64,000 nucleotides of DNA from Minisyncoccota bacterium (lineage in GTDB: Bacteria > Patescibacteriota > Minisyncoccia > Phycocordibacterales > SBAW01): positions 212,875 through 276,874 of the forward strand of contig DASZWN010000001.1 in the NCBI GenBank assembly GCA_035546575.1, in the 5' to 3' direction. Below, in pieces: positions 28,448 through 37,245 of the stretch. Every line of letters begins with the position of its first letter. Within the stretch, counting starts at the first letter, position 1. Below the pieces are notes generated by a model that was not told the origin of the DNA, did no database searches, and saw only the letters and a program-made list of their open reading frames with translations. The translations under genes and the position numbers were made by a program.

Positions 28448-28995
28448 TGGACTTGCTAAAGAAGACCGGCACACATAGTGATAATCGAAGGAATGACAAC
28501 GCGGACAAGAAACAGCTTTTCCCCAAGGAAAAGCATCCGCATACTGCGAGCTACCATAAAGAACAGTGGGCTTTTATCTCTGACACCGGCTTGCGTGAGA
28601 ATATTGCTTACCAGATGCAGTACCTGGAGTTTTTAATTAACCTCTACAATGACTATCAGCTCTATCTCACACTCGAGTCTCTGCTATGCAAAGACATACT
28701 CGCCACAGTGGGCGGGGTAGTGGAGGCAGCACTTTTTGACATGCTCCAAGATGCCAAGACAAAAGCCGGTATGCCGATGGGTACAAGGACTGACTTCACC
28801 GCCCTCCTAGGGGAGGCGTATCACAGCTTTAACTTTATAGACAAAGATATGTGGCACTACTTCCACGAGCTGCGCAAAGTCCGCAATTACGTACACCTAA
28901 AAGCCGCTGATTTCCAAGAGCATACGGCCTATACAGTGGAAGAGGCCAACGAAGCCATAAAAAAGCTCGAACAGTTTCGGCAGCAATTTGTGTAG
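28447..28995 (+). CDS. Hypothetical protein (182 aa), start overlaps stop of upstream DUF4268 gene
   Basis: TAATGG overlap (operon with 27497..28447); no motif. Confidence 0.5.
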   Translation: MDLLKKTGTHSDNRRNDNADKKQLFPKEKHPHTASYHKEQWAFISDTGLRENIAYQMQYLEFLINLYNDYQLYLTLESLLCKDILATVGGVVEAALFDMLQDAKTKAGMPMGTRTDFTALLGEAYHSFNFIDKDMWHYFHELRKVRNYVHLKAADFQEHTAYTVEEANEAIKKLEQFRQQFV

Positions 28996-29058
28996 CGAAA
29001 AAACTCTGCCGGTGCTAGGCTAAATTCAAATTCCAAGCGTCCCATCCGATTTCCAAGT

Positions 29059-30690
29059 TTGAACCATATGAAAATCTCTAGAATAAAAGTAAAAAACTTT
29101 CGCTCTGTTAAGGAGGTAGAGATTACACCTTCGGACTTCAATGTTTTTGTTGGACAAAACAACCACGGTAAGACGAACTTCTTTGAGGCGTTAAACTGGT
29201 TTTTTAAAGGCCCCACCAAGGGCGAGGGACTTGATGTCATTCGCTATCGCGGTGCCAGTGAAGACGACGAAGTGATGGTTGAGGTTGAATTTTCCGGTGC
29301 ACAAGAGGGAGCACAGAAGATGAAGAATGAAGCGAACAAGACAAAAATCCTGGGCGTTGTCGGTGAAAGCGACACTATAACCGTGGTGCGTAGCAGTGCC
29401 ACAGATGCAAAAAAGCGGGTACTCTTAATCAATGGAGATGTGAAGAAAAATCCCACTGGATTTGATACTGCGCTCAATGATTTCTTGCCGTCATTTGAGT
29501 ACGTTAGTACACTGGCTAGTCCGCTTGACACCGTCAAGTACAAATCCAACACACCGATAGCGAACATGCTTTCGGGAGTACTATCGGCCATTCTTGAGCA
29601 AGACGAGAAATATGCTGAGTTCAAGAAGAAGTTTGATGAACTTTTTACCGATCCGGGTTCACGCGTCCACGTTGAACTCAATAAACTTAGTGGCGAAGTA
29701 AAGGCGTACCTTGTAAAACAGTTTCCTGACTGCGAAAAAGTGGTGTTCAGCGTTACAGCCCCTCTGTTTGAAGACCTCCTCAAGAGCTTTGACGCTGAGA
29801 TAGATGATGGCGTTTACACAACTGCGAGTGAAAAAGGAGACGGTATGCAGCGCGCGTTAATGCTCGCTATCATACAAACGTATGCCGATTTCCGACGCGA
29901 GCACGAAGAAACCAGCAAATACTTCCTTTTCTTCATTGACGAGGGAGAGCTTCATTTGCACCCGACGGCTCAAAGAAAACTCAAAAACGCCCTGTTTGAT
30001 CTTGCTCAGGGAGGTGATCAAATATTTCTCAATACCCATTCCTCCGTGCTTGTCTCTGAGGAAGCCGAGGGCCAGACAATTTATAAGGTGGAAAAAATGG
30101 ATAAACAGACGAGCATTATGCCCATCAAGACAGAAGAAAAGCCAAGTGTGGTGTACGAATTACTTGGCGGTAGCCCGGCAGATCTACTATTGCCGAGCAA
30201 CTTTCTAATCGTGGAGGGTAAAAGTGAGTATGAGTTTATTTCCCGTGTTACGTCACGTTTTTATAGCGGTCAAAAGCAAATACAGGTTATTTACGCGGAG
30301 GGCGACCACGGACGCCAGCGCGAATCAATGGACAGTATCAATAAGGCTTTTGTACCTCTTCATGCCAGTCCTGTCTACAAAGAACGGCTGGTGATCCTGT
30401 GCGATACACCGAACCGCACACGCACAGCTGACTTCGACGCCTTCAAGAGGGCATACAGCTATCTAGAGACGAACGAACAACTTTTTGTCATCCCCAATGA
30501 GCGTCTCGAAGAATACTATCCGGCGCCCTGGAAGAAGACTGTAGCGGAGAGCCAAGCCATGAACGGAGAAAAGAACAGGAAGCTTGATCTTGCCCGAGAA
30601 GTAGGAAGCAGCATCACAAAAGAGCAGTTTGAATCCGAAATGAGCATTATTTATGGTGCTCTTAAAGCATGTTGGAATAAGGCGTATTAA
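29059..30690 (+). CDS. OLD-family / AAA_15-type ABC ATPase with C-terminal Toprim-like domain (GajA/AriAB/class-1-OLD-like)
   Basis: MKISRIKVKNFRSV..FNVFVGQNNHGKTNFFEAL (Walker A), EKGDGMQRALMLA (signature), FLFFIDEGELHLHP (Walker B), LNTHSS (H-loop), C-terminal NFLIVEGKSEYEFI (Toprim Glu) and acidic patch LVILCDTP...ADFD. Confidence 0.65.
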   Translation: MNHMKISRIKVKNFRSVKEVEITPSDFNVFVGQNNHGKTNFFEALNWFFKGPTKGEGLDVIRYRGASEDDEVMVEVEFSGAQEGAQKMKNEANKTKILGVVGESDTITVVRSSATDAKKRVLLINGDVKKNPTGFDTALNDFLPSFEYVSTLASPLDTVKYKSNTPIANMLSGVLSAILEQDEKYAEFKKKFDELFTDPGSRVHVELNKLSGEVKAYLVKQFPDCEKVVFSVTAPLFEDLLKSFDAEIDDGVYTTASEKGDGMQRALMLAIIQTYADFRREHEETSKYFLFFIDEGELHLHPTAQRKLKNALFDLAQGGDQIFLNTHSSVLVSEEAEGQTIYKVEKMDKQTSIMPIKTEEKPSVVYELLGGSPADLLLPSNFLIVEGKSEYEFISRVTSRFYSGQKQIQVIYAEGDHGRQRESMDSINKAFVPLHASPVYKERLVILCDTPNRTRTADFDAFKRAYSYLETNEQLFVIPNERLEEYYPAPWKKTVAESQAMNGEKNRKLDLAREVGSSITKEQFESEMSIIYGALKACWNKAY

Positions 30691-30695
30691 AGGTC

Positions 30696-31964
30696 ATGGA
30701 TAAGAAAAAACTTAAAAAAATATTGAATGAAACAAAAGCCTGGTCAAATCAGTCTGACAGTCTTGTCGCTGTTCAAAAAACAGGAGGTGGATTAGAGAAG
30801 GATGTCCAAACAGCATTGGGTTGGAAAGGAGGTCGTGTCGTCTACGACCGTGTTAGAGGTTATAAAGTGCAAGTGGATGCAGCCTACCCAGACGTAAGTA
30901 GGCCTGAGGTGGTTGTATCTGTTACCTACACTGATCCGGACTTACGAGGTCATAGCAATGAAAATAAATTGCATCTGAAAGTGGGAGAGCTTGCCTTACT
31001 AAAATTTGCGCACCCTCATATAAAAGTCATTTTAGTTCTTGGAGGCTCTCAAGAGGCTTGGCTTGCCTATGTACTTAAGGCATTTGAATATTTTTTCGAC
31101 GAAGTAATTTGTCTATGGAGCGAGAACGGATTAGCTCGTCTAGCGGTTATTAAAGAAAATCACAAATCGGTAAAATTGAAACACGTCGATTTTTGGGAAC
31201 AGCTCAATATTGAATGGGGGAAAATTAAATTCTACACAGAAGCAGATTTTGTTATTCCCCACAGTCTCTTTCGATACAAGACGCTTGATGACTTTAGGAG
31301 CCAAAAACCAAAAGTTTTCCATCCTTCGTTAATAAAAAATGAAGTAGCCCGTCTATGTATGCAGAGGTCGAAAGATTATAGCGGTACCGAATGGGATTCA
31401 TACATCCAAGACCGATGGCATAACATTGAAATGTCGCGAAATTACTTTAACCCAATGGAGGCGTTGATAGAGATTTTGCTTACAGATTCCAAGTTAAAAT
31501 TTGAAGGAGGTGTGGCGCGAGATATTCCAGTTCCATCGTTTCTACACCAGCTTGGAATGAAGGGGACTCGTGTCTCGGAAGATTTTGTCCTTTTTTCCAA
31601 GAAGCTCAACAAGAAAGTTTATATTCAATGTAAATCATCTGGTGGCGGAAGAGAGCAACACGGTAAAAACATTCAAAATCGCACAAAAGAACAAATTACA
31701 CGTAGTATTCTATACAGAAGTTCGGTCAAAGAAGGAAAAATGTACCTAGAAGATAAGAATTTCTATTGGATTTCTATTTTAGATGGCAATTGGTCGATTA
31801 ACGGTAGGGAGCCTTTTAAATATATCCACATGTTGCAGATTGCTGGATACGACAAGATATACGGAGTCCAAGACTTAATCCTTGAGGATGGCTTGACTCC
31901 AAAAACAAAGAATAATCCCTTACTCGATCATCTAATAAATGATCTCGATTGTGAGTTAATTTAA
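30696..31964 (+). CDS. Putative nuclease (422 aa) with restriction-endonuclease-like PD-(D/E)xK motif in C-terminal half
   Basis: SEDFVLFSKKLNKKVYIQCKSS (D ... QCK as in Mrr-cat/type II REases); N-terminal half has a degenerate similar element (VQVDAAYPD...EVVVSVTY); 6 nt downstream of ATPase gene; converges on methyltransferase. Confidence 0.5.
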   Translation: MDKKKLKKILNETKAWSNQSDSLVAVQKTGGGLEKDVQTALGWKGGRVVYDRVRGYKVQVDAAYPDVSRPEVVVSVTYTDPDLRGHSNENKLHLKVGELALLKFAHPHIKVILVLGGSQEAWLAYVLKAFEYFFDEVICLWSENGLARLAVIKENHKSVKLKHVDFWEQLNIEWGKIKFYTEADFVIPHSLFRYKTLDDFRSQKPKVFHPSLIKNEVARLCMQRSKDYSGTEWDSYIQDRWHNIEMSRNYFNPMEALIEILLTDSKLKFEGGVARDIPVPSFLHQLGMKGTRVSEDFVLFSKKLNKKVYIQCKSSGGGREQHGKNIQNRTKEQITRSILYRSSVKEGKMYLEDKNFYWISILDGNWSINGREPFKYIHMLQIAGYDKIYGVQDLILEDGLTPKTKNNPLLDHLINDLDCELI

Positions 31965-34900
31965 GGTTTGCGAAATATTACGATAGACTCTCTGACTGGA
32001 ATTTTACCAAACTGCTTCATCTGTTGAGGACTATTTCCTTTCATTCTGGTAACGAATATTTTTTCTGCTTTGAATCCTACTTTTTCTGCAAGAAGAAGAA
32101 GTAAATGGTCAACAGGTACTACCACGCCGCCCCAGCGAGAGTTTCCGACCACAAAGGCTGCCTTCCCTCCCTTACGCATAACATCAAATATGTTTTTCAG
32201 GTTTTCCTCAAGGTCGGCAAAATAACCCGCAATCATTTGAGGTATTTTACTGTTGTTGCCATCAGTTAGTTCCATAGCAGAGATAAGCTTCTGTACTTCG
32301 GGTATAGACTCTGAAATATCGAGATCTAGGTCGCTATCCGTGTGAGATCTGAAAGTTGATCTAACAAGTGTCTTATATTCTTGTTGGCTTTTTACAAGCG
32401 ATAGTAAAGATAGCTCCGCTTTTTGTTGAGCTATATAGTTGTTTCTATTTAAATACGGAGGTGAGGTTATAACAAAGTCAATTGAATTTTTCTTAAGTTT
32501 GAATTTCTTCGCGTCTCCCAAGAATATTTGATGGCGGGAGTCGTTTCTCTTGGATTCTTTTGTCACAATTTCTATATCCTCAAGCATTTTGTTAATTTGC
32601 ACCTTAAATAACGGTAATATATCTGATCCAGGATTTACAATTTTTATATTTAATTTTTGGAGTCCTATACTATCTGGATTAAGCATGTAACGATAGTGCG
32701 ATCCATGTTTTCTAATTTGACTCACATCCTCCAATATTCCAATTAATCCCAAAAGAAGGAGATCCTGTTCCTGTCCTGAGAGAGCAGAATTGCTAATTTG
32801 ATCTTTAATTTGCTTGACTTGATTCCAGATCTGAAAAGAAAATGCCTTACTTAGGAACTCAGGGAAAAGATCTTCCTTTTTAGATTCTCTGCTTTCTACG
32901 TCTAAATTAGATAAGAACCCGTTTATTTTTTTGAAATTTTTTATATCCAAGGAAGATATTTTAATCTTGCTAACCCATATCATTAGCGGGGATATGTCAA
33001 AAGATATTGTATTAATATTTCTTTTTTTGCCTGTGAGTATGGTAGTTCCTGAACCTACAAAAGGATCAAGTATCGTAGCGTTTCTTTTTTTGTTTACGTT
33101 CAAGTGCTCTATAAGAAAATTTACCAATGGCTCAGAATAGCCTTGAGTGAAAGGAAACCACCGATGCACGGGTAGCTTTTTGTTTATTTGAAAAGTAACA
33201 GATCTGCGTAACTCCGGTTTATCTTCCTGCAGTTTTTGGTACTTCTTTATATCGATAGGGACAAATTTCTCTAGAGATGTTTTCTCACTTCCATACCTTT
33301 TTTCTTTTAAATTATTCTTAGTTGGTAAGGACTTTCTGTGAGAATTTGCAATATCATCTCTAATAAATTGATATTCTGTTGGGGAAAGTTTAAAGACTGA
33401 AGCCACAACATGGTCGAGCTTATCCCAACTCTTTTGATTTTCTGGATTTTTATATAGATCGGTAGTTATTTTTTGAGCTAAATTCCTTTGCTCACGATCA
33501 AACTGGGGCAGTCGAATTGATTGCAGATGATGTTTTAAGAGTCTAAACCAGCCACTATGGAGTTGTGTTCCGTTGTGTCGAAGTGCAAACTCCATTACTG
33601 GAGTGCTAAGTACTGCGCTCCAGAATTTTAGATCTGTTTCGCTCATTGCCCTATTGACCAAGGCGTAGCCGGAACCGATCGCAGTGTCTCCGGTTATGTC
33701 TGCCGCAAATTGAGAAGAAGGCATCATTTCTTTCACTAAGATTTTTGGTGTCTGAGGTAAATGTAAATTTTGGACTCGGCTAAACGCATACCAAGAGGCA
33801 TTTTTATCAAGATTCCTACCAGAGAGTAATTGCTTGTTAGATAATAAATATGCGTATATATTCGGAGCCATTTTTTTCAGGGTATTTTCTTCTATAACCT
33901 TAACTTTGCCCGTAGAAGAGATTTCATACGGATAAATTAACTTGTATTGTTCCCTTGAAATAAAGAGTCTTTTTATCTCCTCTCCTCCAACAAACGGCCT
34001 CAAAAGGTCTTGCTCTAAGTCTGTTTCGGCGTCTTTTTTCAACACAAAAACATCATTTTGGCCCGTGCGGAGACCTTGAAGAATGTTGGGGAATAAATGG
34101 CTAATTAAAGGAAGATTGGGGTTATTTATCTTTTGAATAATACTTTGAGCTTGATCGGTCGCTAAATTCCACGGAAACTTCTCTAAGATGTTAGTGTTTA
34201 AACTGAAAGTTTTGGATTTGTTTAGGTCGTTAGCAGATGTGATTCCTGTTGGAAAGTGGGTAACTGTAAACTTTTTTGCTGCCGGAAGCTTCGTAAAGGT
34301 AAGAACTGTGGTATAGGTTGTATGGTCTGGAAAGACTTGAGAATCTTTGAAGTCAATAATATTGAGTATTCTCACATCTTTTGCCAGTCGGGCGCATATA
34401 GCCTTTCCATATTCAGAATGCATGAATTTACTTGTGGTGATGTAACAACCAATTCCTCCATCAGTGAGACTTCTTATGGCATGTTCAATAAAAATTATAG
34501 ACAGGTCAAAATTCCCTGACGTTATATCCGGATACTTTTCCTTTATTAATCCGACGTAATTTTCTGATAGGTTCTGAGACCTAACATAGGGCGGATTTCC
34601 AATCAATATGTCGAACTTCTCGTTTTCGGATTCAGAGGAAAACAAAGACTCTTTTTGCAAAGAAAGCAGAGAATCAGAGTGTTGAATTTTAGCCTCCAGC
34701 TTAAGCGCATCATTCAATATTTTTGCAAACCTTGTCGATGTTTTGTCCACGTCATTTCCATGAAGAGATACGTCTTTACCAAAGAAGTCTCTTGCACTGG
34801 AAAGAAAAACTCCAGTACCACAAGCAATGTCTCCAACTTTCTGGACTTTTCGTCCTGTTCTGTGCAATTTATTCCAATGTTGCCACGCTGTTTGAGTAAC

Positions 34901-35152
34901 TTTGTCTGCCAGCCATTTTGGTGTGAATACTGCACCGGAATTTTTCTGTTCCTCACTAGACAACATTGATGTTCTCAGTGAAGCAAGGGCGTCTTCAATA
35001 CCGTGTATACTTATTAATTCTGAAAAGTTATTCAGATCTTGTTTGGATAGATCTTGTATTTCTCTTAACAGTCGAGGAGAAAGGCTCATCCCCTCTATAT
35101 TCGTTCGAGAGCTTTTAGGTCGATGGGGGAGGGTAGGAACGGATTTACTCAT
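31961..35152 (-). CDS. Two-module DNA methyltransferase: N-terminal gamma-class N6-adenine MTase with TaqI-like target-recognition domain, plus C-terminal second MTase module
   Basis: Module 1: VGDIACGTGVFL (motif I), ILIGNPPYV (motif IV), TaqI-C-like region (LLRPFVGGEEIKR..., WYAFSRVQNL). Module 2: ILDPFVGSGTTIL (FxGxG) and FVITSPPYLNR (SPPY). Start taken at ATG 35152 (TTG 35158 used by ORF track); TATAAT 7 nt upstream. Confidence 0.75.
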   Translation of the reverse strand: MSKSVPTLPHRPKSSRTNIEGMSLSPRLLREIQDLSKQDLNNFSELISIHGIEDALASLRTSMLSSEEQKNSGAVFTPKWLADKVTQTAWQHWNKLHRTGRKVQKVGDIACGTGVFLSSARDFFGKDVSLHGNDVDKTSTRFAKILNDALKLEAKIQHSDSLLSLQKESLFSSESENEKFDILIGNPPYVRSQNLSENYVGLIKEKYPDITSGNFDLSIIFIEHAIRSLTDGGIGCYITTSKFMHSEYGKAICARLAKDVRILNIIDFKDSQVFPDHTTYTTVLTFTKLPAAKKFTVTHFPTGITSANDLNKSKTFSLNTNILEKFPWNLATDQAQSIIQKINNPNLPLISHLFPNILQGLRTGQNDVFVLKKDAETDLEQDLLRPFVGGEEIKRLFISREQYKLIYPYEISSTGKVKVIEENTLKKMAPNIYAYLLSNKQLLSGRNLDKNASWYAFSRVQNLHLPQTPKILVKEMMPSSQFAADITGDTAIGSGYALVNRAMSETDLKFWSAVLSTPVMEFALRHNGTQLHSGWFRLLKHHLQSIRLPQFDREQRNLAQKITTDLYKNPENQKSWDKLDHVVASVFKLSPTEYQFIRDDIANSHRKSLPTKNNLKEKRYGSEKTSLEKFVPIDIKKYQKLQEDKPELRRSVTFQINKKLPVHRWFPFTQGYSEPLVNFLIEHLNVNKKRNATILDPFVGSGTTILTGKKRNINTISFDISPLMIWVSKIKISSLDIKNFKKINGFLSNLDVESRESKKEDLFPEFLSKAFSFQIWNQVKQIKDQISNSALSGQEQDLLLLGLIGILEDVSQIRKHGSHYRYMLNPDSIGLQKLNIKIVNPGSDILPLFKVQINKMLEDIEIVTKESKRNDSRHQIFLGDAKKFKLKKNSIDFVITSPPYLNRNNYIAQQKAELSLLSLVKSQQEYKTLVRSTFRSHTDSDLDLDISESIPEVQKLISAMELTDGNNSKIPQMIAGYFADLEENLKNIFDVMRKGGKAAFVVGNSRWGGVVVPVDHLLLLLAEKVGFKAEKIFVTRMKGNSPQQMKQFGKIPVRESIVIFRKP

Positions 35153-35381
35153 AGGCAAATTATACTACCTCTACCACGTTCGTGGGAACACGAAACTGTG
35201 GACATACTTAATTACTTGCTTTAGGATGAGAGGCGCATTGAACCGTCTCGGATTCTCTTTATGTATCTCCCTAAGCTTTTCGATTTCTGGTCCAATTATC
35301 GCAAACACCGTTTCAAACGAGGGGGAGATTAATCCTGCCTTAAGTCCAAGTCTGGACTTCTAAATTTGCTATACTAGTGGT

Positions 35382-35861
35382 ATGGCCATACACCCCGAAG
35401 TGCAGATCGGGCATGTGCACCTGACCGTCGGGGATCTGGAGCGGTCCCTCGCTTTTTATAGGGATCTTCTGGGATTTGAGGTTACGGCACGATACGGCGA
35501 TTCAGCCGTTTTTTTGTCCGCGGGAGGCTATCATCATCACATTGCGCTCAATACCTGGGCGGGGAAGGGCGCTACACCTCCGCCACCCGGGCACACCGGG
35601 CTCTATCACCACGCTATTTTGTATCCCTCGCGCAAGGAACTCGCAAAAGTTTTTAAACGGCTCGTTGATGCGGGCTACCCTATAACCGGCGCTGCGGACC
35701 ACGGAGTGTCAGAAGCAATTTATTTAAACGACCCGGACATGATAGGGGTGGAGCTGTATGCCGACAGGCCCCGTAAAGAGTGGAAGGTAAAGAACGACGG
35801 CCAGGTGGAGATGATCACCGAGCCGCTCGACCTCGACGCGCTTTTAGTCGAGGCTGAGTAG
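35382..35861 (+). CDS. VOC-family (glyoxalase/bleomycin-resistance/extradiol dioxygenase fold) protein
   Basis: IGHVHLTVGDLERSLAFYRDLLGFEV ... HHIAL ... GVELY pattern of VOC metal-binding modules. Confidence 0.7.
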   Translation: MAIHPEVQIGHVHLTVGDLERSLAFYRDLLGFEVTARYGDSAVFLSAGGYHHHIALNTWAGKGATPPPPGHTGLYHHAILYPSRKELAKVFKRLVDAGYPITGAADHGVSEAIYLNDPDMIGVELYADRPRKEWKVKNDGQVEMITEPLDLDALLVEAE

Positions 35862-35897
35862 GCAACTTTTCAGGGCTGATGTAGTTTTAAAAGACTT

Positions 35898-36686
35898 ATG
35901 AAAGCCCTTCGCAGTTTTGCTATCGAGTTTTTGGTTTTTGGGCTCAAGGAGGCCCAGGCCTGCATTTTTGCCGGCTCATTTTTTGCTATCCTTTTTCTCT
36001 CTAACCACATCCCGCTCTTTGGGCTGGCACGGTACGACTTTATATTCTTGGCGGCTGTCGCTATCCAGGCAGTGATGTACTTCACGAAGCTGGAGACAAA
36101 AGACGAGGTAAAGGTAATTTTTATGTTCCATATTATCGGCCTCGTGCTCGAGCTCTACAAAACAAGCGCGTTTGTGGGCTCGTGGAGCTACCCGGAAGAC
36201 GGCTTGTTTAAAATTGCGCAGGTGCCGCTGTACAGCGGCTTTATGTACGCGGCGGTGGGGAGCTACTTGGCCCAGGCGTGGAAGATACTGAAGGTTGAGA
36301 TGGAAGGCTACCGCAACTACAAGCTTATGATCGCGCTATGCGCGCTTATCTACCTGAACTTTTTTACCAACCACTTTATATACGATTTCCGCTGGTTTCT
36401 TATATTGGCAGTGTTCAGTATTTTCTGGCGTACAAAAATACACTTCACCGTCCTGCACCACGTGCGCACGATAAGCCTCAATCTCTCGTTTTTGCTGATA
36501 GCGTTTTTTATCTGGGTCGCGGAGAATATCTCCACCTACCTGGGCGCGTGGCAGTACCCAAACCAAGTGCACGTGTGGAGCATTGTCTCGACCCAAAAGA
36601 TAACCTCGTGGTTTCTGCTCGTGATAATCAGCTTTATCCTGGTGGCCTACCTTAAGCACTATAAAAAGGATGTATTAAAAGCCTAA
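35898..36686 (+). CDS. DUF817-family multi-pass membrane protein
   Basis: Seven or so TM helices, LELYKTSAFVGSWSYPEDG segment typical of DUF817. Confidence 0.55.
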   Translation: MKALRSFAIEFLVFGLKEAQACIFAGSFFAILFLSNHIPLFGLARYDFIFLAAVAIQAVMYFTKLETKDEVKVIFMFHIIGLVLELYKTSAFVGSWSYPEDGLFKIAQVPLYSGFMYAAVGSYLAQAWKILKVEMEGYRNYKLMIALCALIYLNFFTNHFIYDFRWFLILAVFSIFWRTKIHFTVLHHVRTISLNLSFLLIAFFIWVAENISTYLGAWQYPNQVHVWSIVSTQKITSWFLLVIISFILVAYLKHYKKDVLKA

Positions 36687-36689
36687 ACA

Positions 36690-36716
36690 AAAAAGCCCCT
36701 CGCGGGGCTTTTTGTT
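36690..36716. terminator. Bidirectional intrinsic terminator
   Basis: aaaaAGCCCCTCGCGGGGCTttttg. Confidence 0.6.
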
Positions 36717-36870
36717 ATTTATTGCTGTCGCCGCCGATCTGGATATTGAGGCCGCCGCCGTCTTTTGGAGCGCCCGGGCCGTAGGTCTGGTACCACCATA
36801 CGCCGCCGCCCACCAGCAGGACCAAGATTACGATCAGGATAATAGTATTGATAGGACTCGTGTTGTTCAT
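36715..36870 (-). CDS. Possible small membrane protein (51 aa: MNNTSPINTIILIVILVLLVGGGVWWYQTYGPGAPKDGGGLNIQIGGDSNK)
   Basis: ATG-initiated ORF ending at the terminator; one TM helix plus Gly-rich tail; below ORF-track cutoff. Confidence 0.35.
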   Translation of the reverse strand: MNNTSPINTIILIVILVLLVGGGVWWYQTYGPGAPKDGGGLNIQIGGDSNK

Positions 36871-36941
36871 TGTGTTACAGCCTTACTAATAAGGAGCACC
36901 TATGTATAATACACCTCATGCATATAACAATACCGCACAAG

Positions 36942-37208
36942 ATGTCGCAGGCGGCGGCCGTGGCACGCGTGACAAGAGCACTTAATGAGAACCGCGCACA
37001 AATAGCCCAACATGCCACTATTACTAAAGAGGAATGGGAGGGGAATACGCTCAGCTTTGTCGTATCGATACAGGGCAAAGAAATATCGGGTACACTCGAT
37101 GTCACTGAGGCCGATTACGTACTCGACGCCAAGCTGCCGTTGCTCTGGCGCATGTTCGAGGGCCGGATAGAGTCGCAAATAGCAGCAGAAATTAAAAAGA
37201 TGTCGTAA
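36942..37208 (+). CDS. Polyhydroxyalkanoic-acid-system family small protein (TIGR02610-like), 88 aa
   Basis: MSQAAAVARVTRALNENRAQIAQ...WEGNTLSFVVSIQGKEISGTLDVTEADYVLDAKLPLLWRMFEGRIESQI matches family pattern; internal ATG chosen over the longer listed ORF. Confidence 0.5.
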   Translation: MSQAAAVARVTRALNENRAQIAQHATITKEEWEGNTLSFVVSIQGKEISGTLDVTEADYVLDAKLPLLWRMFEGRIESQIAAEIKKMS

Positions 37209-37245
37209 CTCTGTACGCCCTCGGGCGTAGGAGTATACTTATAGT

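Larger units (their letters stand above)
24350..35380. other. Compositionally distinct genomic island (GC-rich block 24.4-26.9 kb plus AT-rich defence-gene block 26.95-35.4 kb)
   Basis: By-eye base composition differs sharply from flanks; content is unknown small genes, nucleases, ATPase and methyltransferase; flanked by housekeeping genes (sanA cluster, VOC/DUF817). Confidence 0.5.

Noticed and set aside
35159-35381. Possible att site or direct repeat at the right edge of the island
   Set aside because: An AT-rich region with weak imperfect hairpins only. No sequence here could be matched by eye to the left border (24345..24400), so no boundary repeat is claimed.
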